Assembly (NCBI GenBank): GCA_018697035.1
Contig: JABHSE010000004.1
Coordinates: forward strand, 131,300-195,299
DNA: 64,000 nt
Direction: 5' to 3'
Source of the DNA: an archaeon
GTDB lineage: Archaea > Nanobdellota > Nanobdellia > Pacearchaeales > GW2011-AR1
The position numbers were made by a program, and so were the translations under genes. Below, piece by piece: positions 9,050 through 18,134 of this stretch. How positions within the stretch are numbered: position 1 is the stretch's first letter; the number at the start of each line of letters is the position of its first letter. A model generated the notes under the pieces. That model was not told the DNA's origin and made no database searches. It saw only the letters and a program-made list of their open reading frames with translations.

Positions 9050-11179
9050 TTATGCGAAGACGCCGACAACCAGTTCTTCAAATTTTTCAAGCAATTCTTC
9101 CCACATACCAGCAATACGCTTGTGAATGATCGCATTTAACCGTTTAGTTTCTTTGTCTTTGAACCAATCCTCTGTTCTATCTGACACACGGACTTTATAT
9201 CCGGCTCCTCTACCCCACTGATCCTGCAGCCAGCGCCAAAGGCCTTCATTATCCTTGAGGGATTGTCGGTAAACTTCCTGACCAATCTTTTGGATATCCT
9301 GATACATTCGCTCTGATTCTGAGTCACAAAAGTACATGAGTTCTTTCAAGAATTCTTTTGCTGGCTCCATTCCCTCTTGTGATTCCAAGTTTTTGATCAC
9401 TGAATTTAGCTCACCAAACATTAAGGATATGGTTTTCACTGCTTTTGAACGGGTTCCAAATCCAATATGATAATAATAATCGAGGTTTCCCCAACTTCCT
9501 CTTCTATTCACGCTTGCCCTGACACTTGCGGCATAAGTTCCTCTATTCTGGATTGAACCGATAAGATCATTATGAATGTTTTCAATCTGTTCAATTTCTT
9601 TATGCTGATCTATCCATGCACTAATAGAATTTAGAACAGTCTTGAAAGCATTTTCAGCTATAGCACTTTCAATATTTTCAGCTACTTTATCTATTGTTTC
9701 AGCAACTTCAGCCATACGCCCTTCATGGAAACCCCTTAATTTTTCGATTCTTTTAATCAGGAAATTTCGGGTATCTTTAAAAGTCTCATTTTTTTCATTA
9801 TAAAACCTTACAGGGAGATCGCGCAGATTATAGCGAATAATGTCGGATTGGATTTCATCTGACTTTACCAGATAGCCTTCCTCAGCCTCCTCAACCTCTG
9901 AGCCATCAAGTGTATTGACATCCAAAGCTTCATCGTTCCTGGGGAGAACCAATATTGAAGTTTCTTTTGGCAGCCTATCCTTTATCCCAGATTCAATTGC
10001 TCTTTCAAGTAAGGTTCGGGTAGTCTCATCAGGTGCATCCGAAAAACGAGAGCAAAACACCGTAACTGTCCTGGGGTCATGCAGATGGCGTTCTAAATCC
10101 TCTCTTTTAGCGGTATCATCAACGCCCTTAGTGTCAACTATTTTTATCCCGAACTTGTCATAGCTCAACACTGGTTCGGGAATGTTGATGGTTATTCTTT
10201 TTGGGATGGTAAACTCTTTTTGCAGACCATGGTTTATTTCGAGATATATCTCCCGGAGCCATTGCAGTGCATTCTTATCTATTCCTTTAGGATACCAGAT
10301 TTCAGTTTTTTTCCTTGCTTCAAGGTTCATGTCCATGATCACCCTAATTTTGAAATCATCAGAGATATCATTAGAATTGTTTTCAGCCCTCATCTTTTTG
10401 ACGAGTTCGACGGCCTTGTCTTCTTGTTTATAGCCTTCCTCACTCTTGAACCTTTTAGTAGGTAGATCAGCCATATTACGGATACATCTATCTATTTCCG
10501 AACTCAGCTTGGGGCTCTCGGCATTGGAATCTTTATCAATCTTATGATTTTCTGCTGTTTTGATTAATATGTAATCACAGAAGTCATAGACATCTTTGTA
10601 GACTTCATCTTCTGATAGAGGATCTATAGTTATCCCCCATTCCGGCCCTTTCTGGATTTGCACTTCACAAACAGTGGTACGGCCACCACGTGTGTGTAGA
10701 ACTGGTTTTTTGCCATCTTTCAAGCCGAGGAAACCGCAGATGGCAGTAGTCTTCCCAACACCAACACTTCCAATACAGGCTATCGTATGCTCAGTTGAGG
10801 ACAGGTAATCTGCAAGTTTGCGGGTGGTTTCTTCATGCATTCGCAGTTGCTTGTAGAAGACACTTGTGCTTCCAATACCTTTTTTTAGCTTTTGAATTTT
10901 CTTAAGTGTTGATTCAGCCAACGAAAGCTGTTCTCTGCTTGGATTGAAGAAATCTGGTTTATCTATGTATTTCCATTGTTGTGTAATATGTTTTTTTGCA
11001 GCTTTTGATGTTGGGGTGTTTATTGTATCGAGGAACTTGTCAATCTCTACCTGATCCAGCGATACCTGGTCCTCCATTCTGGAAACCCGGCTCGGGCTAA
11101 AGCCCATCTTTTTTGCTAATTCTTTTTGACTAACCCCTGAATCTTCTCTGACTCGTGCAAGCATTTTTCCTGTTTTCAT
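9050..11179 (-). CDS. XRE-family HTH fused to a dynamin-like/P-loop GTPase domain and a long helical C-terminal region
   Basis: The start is moved to the ATG of MKTGKMLARV (AAAGGAGG RBS). HTH: SGVSQKELAKKMGFSPSRVSRME. G1: GSVGVGKTT. G3-like: IVDTKGVDD. Possible G4: LPRND. Confidence 0.8.
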   Translation of the reverse strand: MKTGKMLARVREDSGVSQKELAKKMGFSPSRVSRMEDQVSLDQVEIDKFLDTINTPTSKAAKKHITQQWKYIDKPDFFNPSREQLSLAESTLKKIQKLKKGIGSTSVFYKQLRMHEETTRKLADYLSSTEHTIACIGSVGVGKTTAICGFLGLKDGKKPVLHTRGGRTTVCEVQIQKGPEWGITIDPLSEDEVYKDVYDFCDYILIKTAENHKIDKDSNAESPKLSSEIDRCIRNMADLPTKRFKSEEGYKQEDKAVELVKKMRAENNSNDISDDFKIRVIMDMNLEARKKTEIWYPKGIDKNALQWLREIYLEINHGLQKEFTIPKRITINIPEPVLSYDKFGIKIVDTKGVDDTAKREDLERHLHDPRTVTVFCSRFSDAPDETTRTLLERAIESGIKDRLPKETSILVLPRNDEALDVNTLDGSEVEEAEEGYLVKSDEIQSDIIRYNLRDLPVRFYNEKNETFKDTRNFLIKRIEKLRGFHEGRMAEVAETIDKVAENIESAIAENAFKTVLNSISAWIDQHKEIEQIENIHNDLIGSIQNRGTYAASVRASVNRRGSWGNLDYYYHIGFGTRSKAVKTISLMFGELNSVIKNLESQEGMEPAKEFLKELMYFCDSESERMYQDIQKIGQEVYRQSLKDNEGLWRWLQDQWGRGAGYKVRVSDRTEDWFKDKETKRLNAIIHKRIAGMWEELLEKFEELVVGVFA

Positions 11180-11532
11180 GACGCCTCCTTTAGAATCGAT
11201 ACAACAAAACAATGCTATTATCTTTGCTTGTAATCTATACTATAGAACATGTATATCTGATGTCAATCACTTTTTTGATTTATTTTTCATGCACTGATTC
11301 ATAATTTTATATGAGTTAATATTGATCTGATTCAAAAAACCACCGCCATGCCGCATTATCAGGCATTATTGTATTTAGGATGCCCTTCTCACCCATATGT
11401 CAGAACACACTTACAAAATCCACCGTTCAACCCACTACCATTATAGAAGGTCTTGATATGGGAGAAATAGTCTCAACCTGAGACCATTATCTTAAAATCA
11501 AGGCTTAACCATTATATAAGGAGGAATTGGAT

Positions 11533-11775
11533 ATGCTGGTACATATTGGCCACAGGAATTATGCAATGGCGGACAAGATCCTGGTGGTGTTAGCATCTGA
11601 AGGATCTGCCGTGCGGCGGTTACGAGCCGAAGGAAAGAAAAAAGGTTGTTTAATAGATGCGACTGCAGGCGGTCGAACCAGGAGCGTGATTGTTGCAACC
11701 TCTGGGCAAGTGATCTTGTCAGGTGTGCAGCCGGAAACACTGTGGAAGCGGATGCGGGCTGTGGTTGGGGGATAA
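11533..11775 (+). CDS. remA: RemA/DUF370-family small DNA-binding regulator
   Basis: LVHIGHRNYAMADKILVVLASEGSAVRRL..KGCLIDATAGGRTRSVIVATSGQVILSGVQPETL matches the RemA pattern (INIGFGN..IVSPESAPIKR..LIDATYGRRTR..ILSAVQPET). GGAGG lies 9 nt upstream of the ATG at 11533. Confidence 0.85.
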   Translation: MLVHIGHRNYAMADKILVVLASEGSAVRRLRAEGKKKGCLIDATAGGRTRSVIVATSGQVILSGVQPETLWKRMRAVVGG

Positions 11776-11782
11776 TAAGCAG

Positions 11783-11816
11783 AAAAGCTCCTTGATATAA
11801 TTACCAAGGAGCTTTT
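11783..11816 (+). terminator. Rho-independent-type terminator after remA
   Basis: A perfect 12-bp stem (aaaagctccttg at 11783-11794 / caaggagctttt at 11805-11816) with a 10-nt loop; the 3' arm ends in TTTT. Confidence 0.7.
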
Positions 11817-12012
11817 ATTCTGGTTTGGTTTATTAAAAATTACTTCTCGATTCTGCCGCCTCCCTCACTGGATCAAGAGAAAGATAGGTCTGGTAGGATT
11901 TTTTTATTATTATAAAAAATAAGCTAGTTGTTGGCAGATTGTATTGAATTTTAAATATCTTCATATTTAATTATAAAAAACTCTTTACTTGGAGAATTAT
12001 ATATGATTATAT

Positions 12013-12048
12013 GCGTATAGTTTCTATATGGATATACTTTTTATACGC
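12013..12048. promoter_or_regulatory. Nested palindrome upstream of the WYL regulator gene (candidate operator)
   Basis: GCGTATA (12013-12019) pairs with TATACGC (12042-12048). These enclose TATATGGATATA (12025-12036). The element lies 20-55 nt upstream of the ATG at 12070. Confidence 0.3.
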
Positions 12049-12069
12049 TTGGGTGGTTTATAAAATACA

Positions 12070-12906
12070 ATGAAATGGGGAATTAAACAAAGGTTAGAGT
12101 TTCTTGAATATCGACTTTTCTGGGAAGGTACAATCAACAGAAAAGATTTAATTGATGTTTTTGGGGTTTCAGTACCTCAAGCATCGGCTGATATTAAACA
12201 ATACAAGCAGAACGCACCAGGTAATATTTATTATGACAAAAGTCAAAAAAAATATTTAGTAACTTCGAAGTTTAAACCGATTTTTGGTTCGATTGATTCT
12301 CACAATTATCTTTCAAAATTATCCATGTTATCTGAAGGCATAATAAAAGAGGATGAAACTTTTATGGGTTACATCCCCGAATATTCAGTTGTTCCTTCAT
12401 TTGACAGGGCTATAGATCCTTATGTTTTGAAAAAAATTATAAAGGTTCTAAAGGCGGGGAATTCAATTAATATTCAATATCAATCAATGAGCAGGCCATC
12501 TCCGGTATGGCGATGGATTTCACCACATGCTTTTGCGTTTGATGGATTCAGATGGCATGTTAGGGCCTATTGTGAGCTTACAAATGAATTTAGGGACTTT
12601 ATTTTAGGGCGTATCCTGGATGTTCAGACGGTCAAAGTTTCCAAGGTGAATTCTTCAGAGGATTCCAAATGGAATCATTTTGTGACATTAAAAATAGCTG
12701 CACATCCTAATTTAACTCCGGGTCAGCGTAAGATAATTGAAAAAGAATATAACATGAGTGATGGAGTTGTTCAGATAAAGGTCAGGGCTGCATTTATTTA
12801 TTATGTGCTGCTTAGGTTTAGGCTTGAAAACAAAGATGATCCAAGATTTTTAAAAAATAAAAATGCAATACTATTGAATTATGAAGAGATTGAAGAGTAT
12901 ATATAA
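12070..12906 (+). CDS. wHTH + WYL-domain transcriptional regulator (BrxR/CapW-like architecture)
   Basis: 278 aa. N-terminal HTH: RKDLIDVFGVSVPQASADIKQYKQ. WYL-type core: RWISPHAFAFDGFRWHVRAYCELTNEFRDFILGRI. Confidence 0.8.
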   Translation: MKWGIKQRLEFLEYRLFWEGTINRKDLIDVFGVSVPQASADIKQYKQNAPGNIYYDKSQKKYLVTSKFKPIFGSIDSHNYLSKLSMLSEGIIKEDETFMGYIPEYSVVPSFDRAIDPYVLKKIIKVLKAGNSINIQYQSMSRPSPVWRWISPHAFAFDGFRWHVRAYCELTNEFRDFILGRILDVQTVKVSKVNSSEDSKWNHFVTLKIAAHPNLTPGQRKIIEKEYNMSDGVVQIKVRAAFIYYVLLRFRLENKDDPRFLKNKNAILLNYEEIEEYI

Positions 12907-12926
12907 CAAATTTAAGGTAAGTGATT

Positions 12927-13859
12927 ATGTATTTTAATTCTAAAAAAGTTGCCTTCTCCCGGCATGAATCTTTTGTTCTTCGTTTTGGCTGGTTAACCAA
13001 AGGGTTTCGTGCTTTCGAAGAAGATCTAAATATTTTTAATAATAAGGATGCTGTTGTCACCTTGGGCGTTGGAAAGAATATGGTCAACTCGATCAGGCAT
13101 TGGCTTCGTGCATCTAAATTAATCATTTTCGATACTGATAAAAAAGAAACTACCTCAATTGGGAAGGCTATTTTTTCAAAAGAAGATGGTTGGGACCCTT
13201 TTTTAGAAGATGAAGCAACTATTTGGTTAATTCACTGGTTGATTTCAACCAATTCAGAGCATGCAACCGCATGGTATTGGTTTTTTAATCATTTCTATAA
13301 ACCTGAGTTTTCAACAGATGAAGTAGTATCTGCACTTTCCACTTTTGCAAAAGAAAAGATTAATGCTCGGTTTGCAATTAGTTCTATTAAGCAGGACGCA
13401 GCTGTTTTATTAAGGTCTTATGTTCGATCAAAGAAAAGCAAAAAAGCAGTTTATGAAGATGTTCTTGATTCTCCATTGTCTCTTTTAAAACTGATTTCGT
13501 ATTCAACTGCAACAAAATCATATCAATCAAAATTAGAAATACGTGAGAACTTACCAATAGGAATATTTGGTTATGCAATTTGTGATTATTTGAAACAGTT
13601 GAACATTTCACAAGTGCCTATCGAAGATTTGATCTATTGCAAAGAGGGAAGGGTTGCTCCTGGGCTTATTTTTCGTTTGACAGAAAATTCTTTGTTAACC
13701 AAATTAGAGCAATTAATACAGCTATTCCCTGAAAAGTTTGCTATAGATCAAACAGCAGGAATTCATCAATTTTTTGTATTAAATGAACTTGATAATCTTG
13801 ATCCTTTTGAAATGTTGAAATTTCATTATGATTCAAAAAACAAATACGAGGCTGCATGA
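12927..13859 (+). CDS. DUF4007-family protein
   Basis: The N-terminus FSRHESFVLRFGWLTKGF matches the RHE(T/S)F..R.GWL.KG signature I recall for DUF4007. The ATG at 12927 is preferred over the GTG at 12921. The stop overlaps the next gene (ATGA). Confidence 0.65.
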   Translation: MYFNSKKVAFSRHESFVLRFGWLTKGFRAFEEDLNIFNNKDAVVTLGVGKNMVNSIRHWLRASKLIIFDTDKKETTSIGKAIFSKEDGWDPFLEDEATIWLIHWLISTNSEHATAWYWFFNHFYKPEFSTDEVVSALSTFAKEKINARFAISSIKQDAAVLLRSYVRSKKSKKAVYEDVLDSPLSLLKLISYSTATKSYQSKLEIRENLPIGIFGYAICDYLKQLNISQVPIEDLIYCKEGRVAPGLIFRLTENSLLTKLEQLIQLFPEKFAIDQTAGIHQFFVLNELDNLDPFEMLKFHYDSKNKYEAA

Positions 13860-16800
13860 AACTAACGGATTATATCGATATTGATACAGTTTACACTCGA
13901 TCAATAAATATAGAGCGTGATTCAGATTCTGATGAGATTGTTAAAGCTTACATTCCAACGAGCCGAGCAGTAAACACTCTGTACCGTATTTCAGACACTT
14001 TTGACCAGGTAAACACACCAAGGTCGTGGGCATTGATTGGGCCTTATGGGTCTGGCAAATCTTCGTTTGCAGTTTTTTTGTCACATTTAATGAATAACAT
14101 TGATAAATCAGCAACGAAATCGGCATACGAAGTATTAAATCGTGTTGATAATGATCTTTGTGGCAAATTCAAGGATCATATTCAAGACACAAAAGGATAT
14201 GTACCAATACTGATCACCGGTGCACCAGAGCCTTTAGGTAACCGTTTCCTTTCAGGGATGTATGATGCCACACAAAAGTATTGGAATACAGTGGGTCGCA
14301 AGCCTTTAGTAATAAATAAGATCAAAGACAAGCTATCTCAAATTACAATTACAACTGCTGAAATTATTGAACTGCTTGAAGAATTGCAGGAAGCTGTCAA
14401 GAAGACCGGCAGTGGTATAATAATTATATTAGATGAATTTGGAAAGTTTTTAGAATATGAAGCAAGGCATTATGGTGCAAATGATATCTATCTTTTACAG
14501 CTTTTATCTGAATTAGCTGTAACTAAAAGCAATGCCAATTTATTCATATTTACATTAATGCATCAGGGCTTTGAAGAATATGCAAGGGGTTTGAGCCGAA
14601 CGCTTAGGAATGAATGGAGCAAGATTCAAGGCCGGTTTGAGACAGTTCCTTTTTTGGAATCTACAGAACAGACTATTCATATCTTGAGCAAAGCTTTTGT
14701 CAATAACTTTTCAGAAGAACAAAAAAATTCAATTTATGAGCTATGTTTAAAGGTTGCAACTGTTTTATCAAAAGAAGATGCTTTACCAGGTTCTATAGAG
14801 CCAAACAAGGCTGCTGATCTATTTGCAAAATGTTATCCTCTTCATCCTGTTTCAACCATATTACTTCCTGTCCTTTGCCAAAAGATGGCTCAAAATGAGA
14901 GGACGTTATTCAGTTATCTTGGGAGCCGGGAATCGTTTGGGTTTAAAGATAGTTTAAGCAAACTCGAATCAACTGATGAATGGATTCTACCCTGGCAGAT
15001 ATATGAGTATTTCATCCAAAATCAACCAGGGGTAATAACTGATCCTATAGCACATCGTCGGTGGGCTGAAGTTGTGACAGCTGTTGAACGGCTTGGTGAT
15101 GCACCTTCAAAAGATATTCAAATGCTTAAAACTATAGGTCTGCTGAATATTATTGGCGCACAAGCGGGGTTTAAGGCATCAAAAAAGATTGTTGAATCAT
15201 GCTCTTCAAACAAGAAAGCTGCAACGATTGCGACAAAAAGCCTTATTGAAAGGTCTGTTGTCCAATTCAGAAAGTTCAGTAATGAATTCAGGGTTTGGCA
15301 GGGTAGTGATTTTGATCTCGAACTGGCAGTGCAAGATGAAATGGGGCAAATTGGACGTTTTGATCTTCCTGAAACCTTAGAGACATTGAATCCATTACAG
15401 CCTATTGTCGCTCATCGTCACACTATCGAAAAGGTGACTTTACGGTACTTTGTTCCATTCTTTGTTGATGTGAACAATTACAAGATGCTCAAACCTAAAG
15501 GTAATCAGCAAAGACTCATTTTTTGTTTAACGGAGACTGCGGATGAAATTGAACTCGCAAAAAATGATGTAATTCCATATTTTGAAGAATTTGACATGAT
15601 TGCAATTTGTTCAAATGGAGATCAATTAAGACAAGCTGTAGGTGAAGTTCTTGCTCTTAAAAGAGTTGAACAAAATTGTCCTGAGTTGAATACTGATCCT
15701 ATAGCGAACAGAGAATTCAAAAATCGCCTTTTTGCTGCTGAAATTTTTCAGGATAACTTATTATCTGCGTTAATAGAATCTCCGCAAATCTCACATTGGT
15801 ATTGGAGAACCAAAAAAATATCAATAAGCAATAAGCGAGGATTACAACAACAGCTATCCACCATTCTTGACTCAATATATTCCAAATCCCCTATAATAAA
15901 GAATGAATTGATCAACAGAGAAAAGCCATCAGCACAAGCAGCAGCAGCCCGAAATAAATTAGTCTTTGCAATGCTGCATAACATCGAAAAGGAAGAATTA
16001 GGCATTGAAAAATTTCCTGCTGAAAAAGGTATTTATAAATCATTTTTACGGGCAACCGGATTACATCAATTAAATGGGGACAATAACTGGGAACTTGTTC
16101 CACCTAAGAAAAATAATCCTTACAATTTATATCCAGTCTGGATGTGCATACAAGATTTTTTAGAAACGACTCAAAAGACACCAAAATCTTTCATTGAGCT
16201 TAATGAAATTCTTCTTGCCCCTCCGTATGGGGTTAAAGCAGGCGTTCTACCTTTACTATATTTAACTGTTTTTTTATGTAAACAAAATGATCTGGCTTTT
16301 TATGAAAATGGCATTTATACGCCATATATTACTGATCAGCATATAGAAAGGTTCATGAAACGGCCTGATTTTTTTACAATACAATTATTAAAAATTAGTG
16401 GTATTAGAGCATCTTTATTTAACAGTTACTCAAAGGTTCTTTATGGTGATAATCCGAACCGAAAAATTAATTTATTGAGCATAGCACGGCCTCTTGCAAA
16501 GTTTGTTGCAGAATTAGAAGAGTATACTAAGCAAACGAATAGATTGTCGGATTCAAGCCAGAAGGCTTTGAAGGCATTTGATTTAGCAAATTCTCCAGCT
16601 GATCTCTTATTCAATAGATTACCAAAAGCTTGTTCATTTCCTGAAATTGATCCTGATGAGACAAATAAAAATAAGATCAAGGGTTTTACGAATGCTTTAA
16701 TTAGCGTTATCAAAGAATTACGTGACGCTTACACAAAAATGCTTGAGGAGTTCGCAGGATTGCTCTCGTATTCGTTATTGCCGGATTATAATGAAAAGTT

Positions 16801-17335
16801 AGAGTTGTCTAAGTTGCGATCCAAAATCCAAGCAAGATATGAAGGATTAGAAAACTTTACAGTAGACTCGGCAGGATTGAGGCCATTTGTTGTGCAGATA
16901 ACAGAAAAAGAAGCTGATGATAAGGTCTGGTTCAGCAGACTCTTATTGTTTCTTGGGGAAAAAACATCAAACAAATGGTCTGATATAGACAGGGATAATG
17001 CAGTTCTTAGACTAACTGGATTCTCTAAAAGGCTTATCGACCTAAGGATTATACAAGGTCATTTCATCAAAAACAAAGCGAAGTTCAAGGATTCTTTTGA
17101 AATTATTCGGTTAAGGTCAATGCGTTACGGTAAGACTGATAATGATGAAGTCATTACAATAGAACACTCTGAGAAAGAATATATCGATAATCAAAAAGAA
17201 CATTTTTATTCTCTACTATCACAATTGAACAGCGATAAATCACGCATTGCAATTTTAGCTGATATTCTTGATGAGTATTTGACTGAAAAAAAACAGAAGA
17301 GTGATAGCGAGAAAAACAAGGTATCAAATGGCTAA
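13856..17335 (+). CDS. Large (1159 aa) P-loop NTPase
   Basis: Walker A: LIGPYGSGKSSF. Walker B: IIIILDEFGKFLEY. The long helical remainder has no family recognised with confidence. Confidence 0.85.
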   Translation: MKLTDYIDIDTVYTRSINIERDSDSDEIVKAYIPTSRAVNTLYRISDTFDQVNTPRSWALIGPYGSGKSSFAVFLSHLMNNIDKSATKSAYEVLNRVDNDLCGKFKDHIQDTKGYVPILITGAPEPLGNRFLSGMYDATQKYWNTVGRKPLVINKIKDKLSQITITTAEIIELLEELQEAVKKTGSGIIIILDEFGKFLEYEARHYGANDIYLLQLLSELAVTKSNANLFIFTLMHQGFEEYARGLSRTLRNEWSKIQGRFETVPFLESTEQTIHILSKAFVNNFSEEQKNSIYELCLKVATVLSKEDALPGSIEPNKAADLFAKCYPLHPVSTILLPVLCQKMAQNERTLFSYLGSRESFGFKDSLSKLESTDEWILPWQIYEYFIQNQPGVITDPIAHRRWAEVVTAVERLGDAPSKDIQMLKTIGLLNIIGAQAGFKASKKIVESCSSNKKAATIATKSLIERSVVQFRKFSNEFRVWQGSDFDLELAVQDEMGQIGRFDLPETLETLNPLQPIVAHRHTIEKVTLRYFVPFFVDVNNYKMLKPKGNQQRLIFCLTETADEIELAKNDVIPYFEEFDMIAICSNGDQLRQAVGEVLALKRVEQNCPELNTDPIANREFKNRLFAAEIFQDNLLSALIESPQISHWYWRTKKISISNKRGLQQQLSTILDSIYSKSPIIKNELINREKPSAQAAAARNKLVFAMLHNIEKEELGIEKFPAEKGIYKSFLRATGLHQLNGDNNWELVPPKKNNPYNLYPVWMCIQDFLETTQKTPKSFIELNEILLAPPYGVKAGVLPLLYLTVFLCKQNDLAFYENGIYTPYITDQHIERFMKRPDFFTIQLLKISGIRASLFNSYSKVLYGDNPNRKINLLSIARPLAKFVAELEEYTKQTNRLSDSSQKALKAFDLANSPADLLFNRLPKACSFPEIDPDETNKNKIKGFTNALISVIKELRDAYTKMLEEFAGLLSYSLLPDYNEKLELSKLRSKIQARYEGLENFTVDSAGLRPFVVQITEKEADDKVWFSRLLLFLGEKTSNKWSDIDRDNAVLRLTGFSKRLIDLRIIQGHFIKNKAKFKDSFEIIRLRSMRYGKTDNDEVITIEHSEKEYIDNQKEHFYSLLSQLNSDKSRIAILADILDEYLTEKKQKSDSEKNKVSNG

Positions 17336-18119
17336 GAAAAATATCCGGCATGTTTGTGGGATCTCTGGTGGTAAAGATAGTGCTGCTTTGGCAATTTATC
17401 TGAAGCAACAGGGGAAATATCCTGATATGGAGTATTATTTCTCTGATACTGGGTGTGAGCTTCCTGAGACATATTTATTCCTGGATAAGCTTGAAGCTTA
17501 TCTTGGGAAAAAAATTGTTCGCCTGGGAAGTGAATCAACATTTGAGCATCATCTTTTCATGAGTGGAAACATGTTGCCCTCACCCCGGCAGAGATGGTGC
17601 ACAGTTAAAATGAAACTGGAGCCCTTTGAGAAGTTTGCGGGAACAAAGGAAGATGTTAAAAGTTTTATAGCTATTCGTGGAGATGAACATAGAGAAGGAT
17701 ATGTTAGTTCTAAGCCTAATATAAAACCGGAGTTTCCATTCGTTCATGATGGTATTGTCAGAAAAGATGTCTTTCGAATTTTAGAAGAAACTATTGGAGT
17801 CCCGAAATATTACAAATGGAGAAGCAGATCTGGATGTTATTTTTGTTTTTTCCAAAGACGTGAAGAGTGGCTTGGACTTTATGATCATCACCCTGATCTT
17901 TTCAAAAAAGCAATGGAACTTGAAAAAGTTGATGCTAATGAAAATGGTTACACTTGGATTGAGGGGATGACATTAAAAGAGTTATTGGAAAAAAAAGATT
18001 CAATCATCGAATACGCAGAAAACAGACGTAAGAACAACGACAATAGGACCTGGCAAGAGAAACTTCTTGAACAGGGTGATGATATGAATGACAAAGGGTG
18101 TTTAATTTGTAGTCTTTAA
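17328..18119 (+). CDS. PAPS-reductase/DndC-like PP-loop ATP pyrophosphatase family protein
   Basis: PP-loop ISGGKDSAALAIYL, then RQRWCTVKMK, with C-terminal cysteines (CYFCFF, GCLICS). The ATG at 17328 overlaps the upstream stop by 8 nt. Confidence 0.85.
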   Translation: MAKKNIRHVCGISGGKDSAALAIYLKQQGKYPDMEYYFSDTGCELPETYLFLDKLEAYLGKKIVRLGSESTFEHHLFMSGNMLPSPRQRWCTVKMKLEPFEKFAGTKEDVKSFIAIRGDEHREGYVSSKPNIKPEFPFVHDGIVRKDVFRILEETIGVPKYYKWRSRSGCYFCFFQRREEWLGLYDHHPDLFKKAMELEKVDANENGYTWIEGMTLKELLEKKDSIIEYAENRRKNNDNRTWQEKLLEQGDDMNDKGCLICSL

Positions 18120-18134
18120 ATTTTGGAGGTTGTG

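Noticed and set aside
11498-11807. Two ~80-aa minus-strand ORFs overlapping remA.
   Set aside because: The plus-strand product matches the RemA/DUF370 signature and has an RBS and a terminator. The antisense ORFs are by-products of the locally higher GC content.
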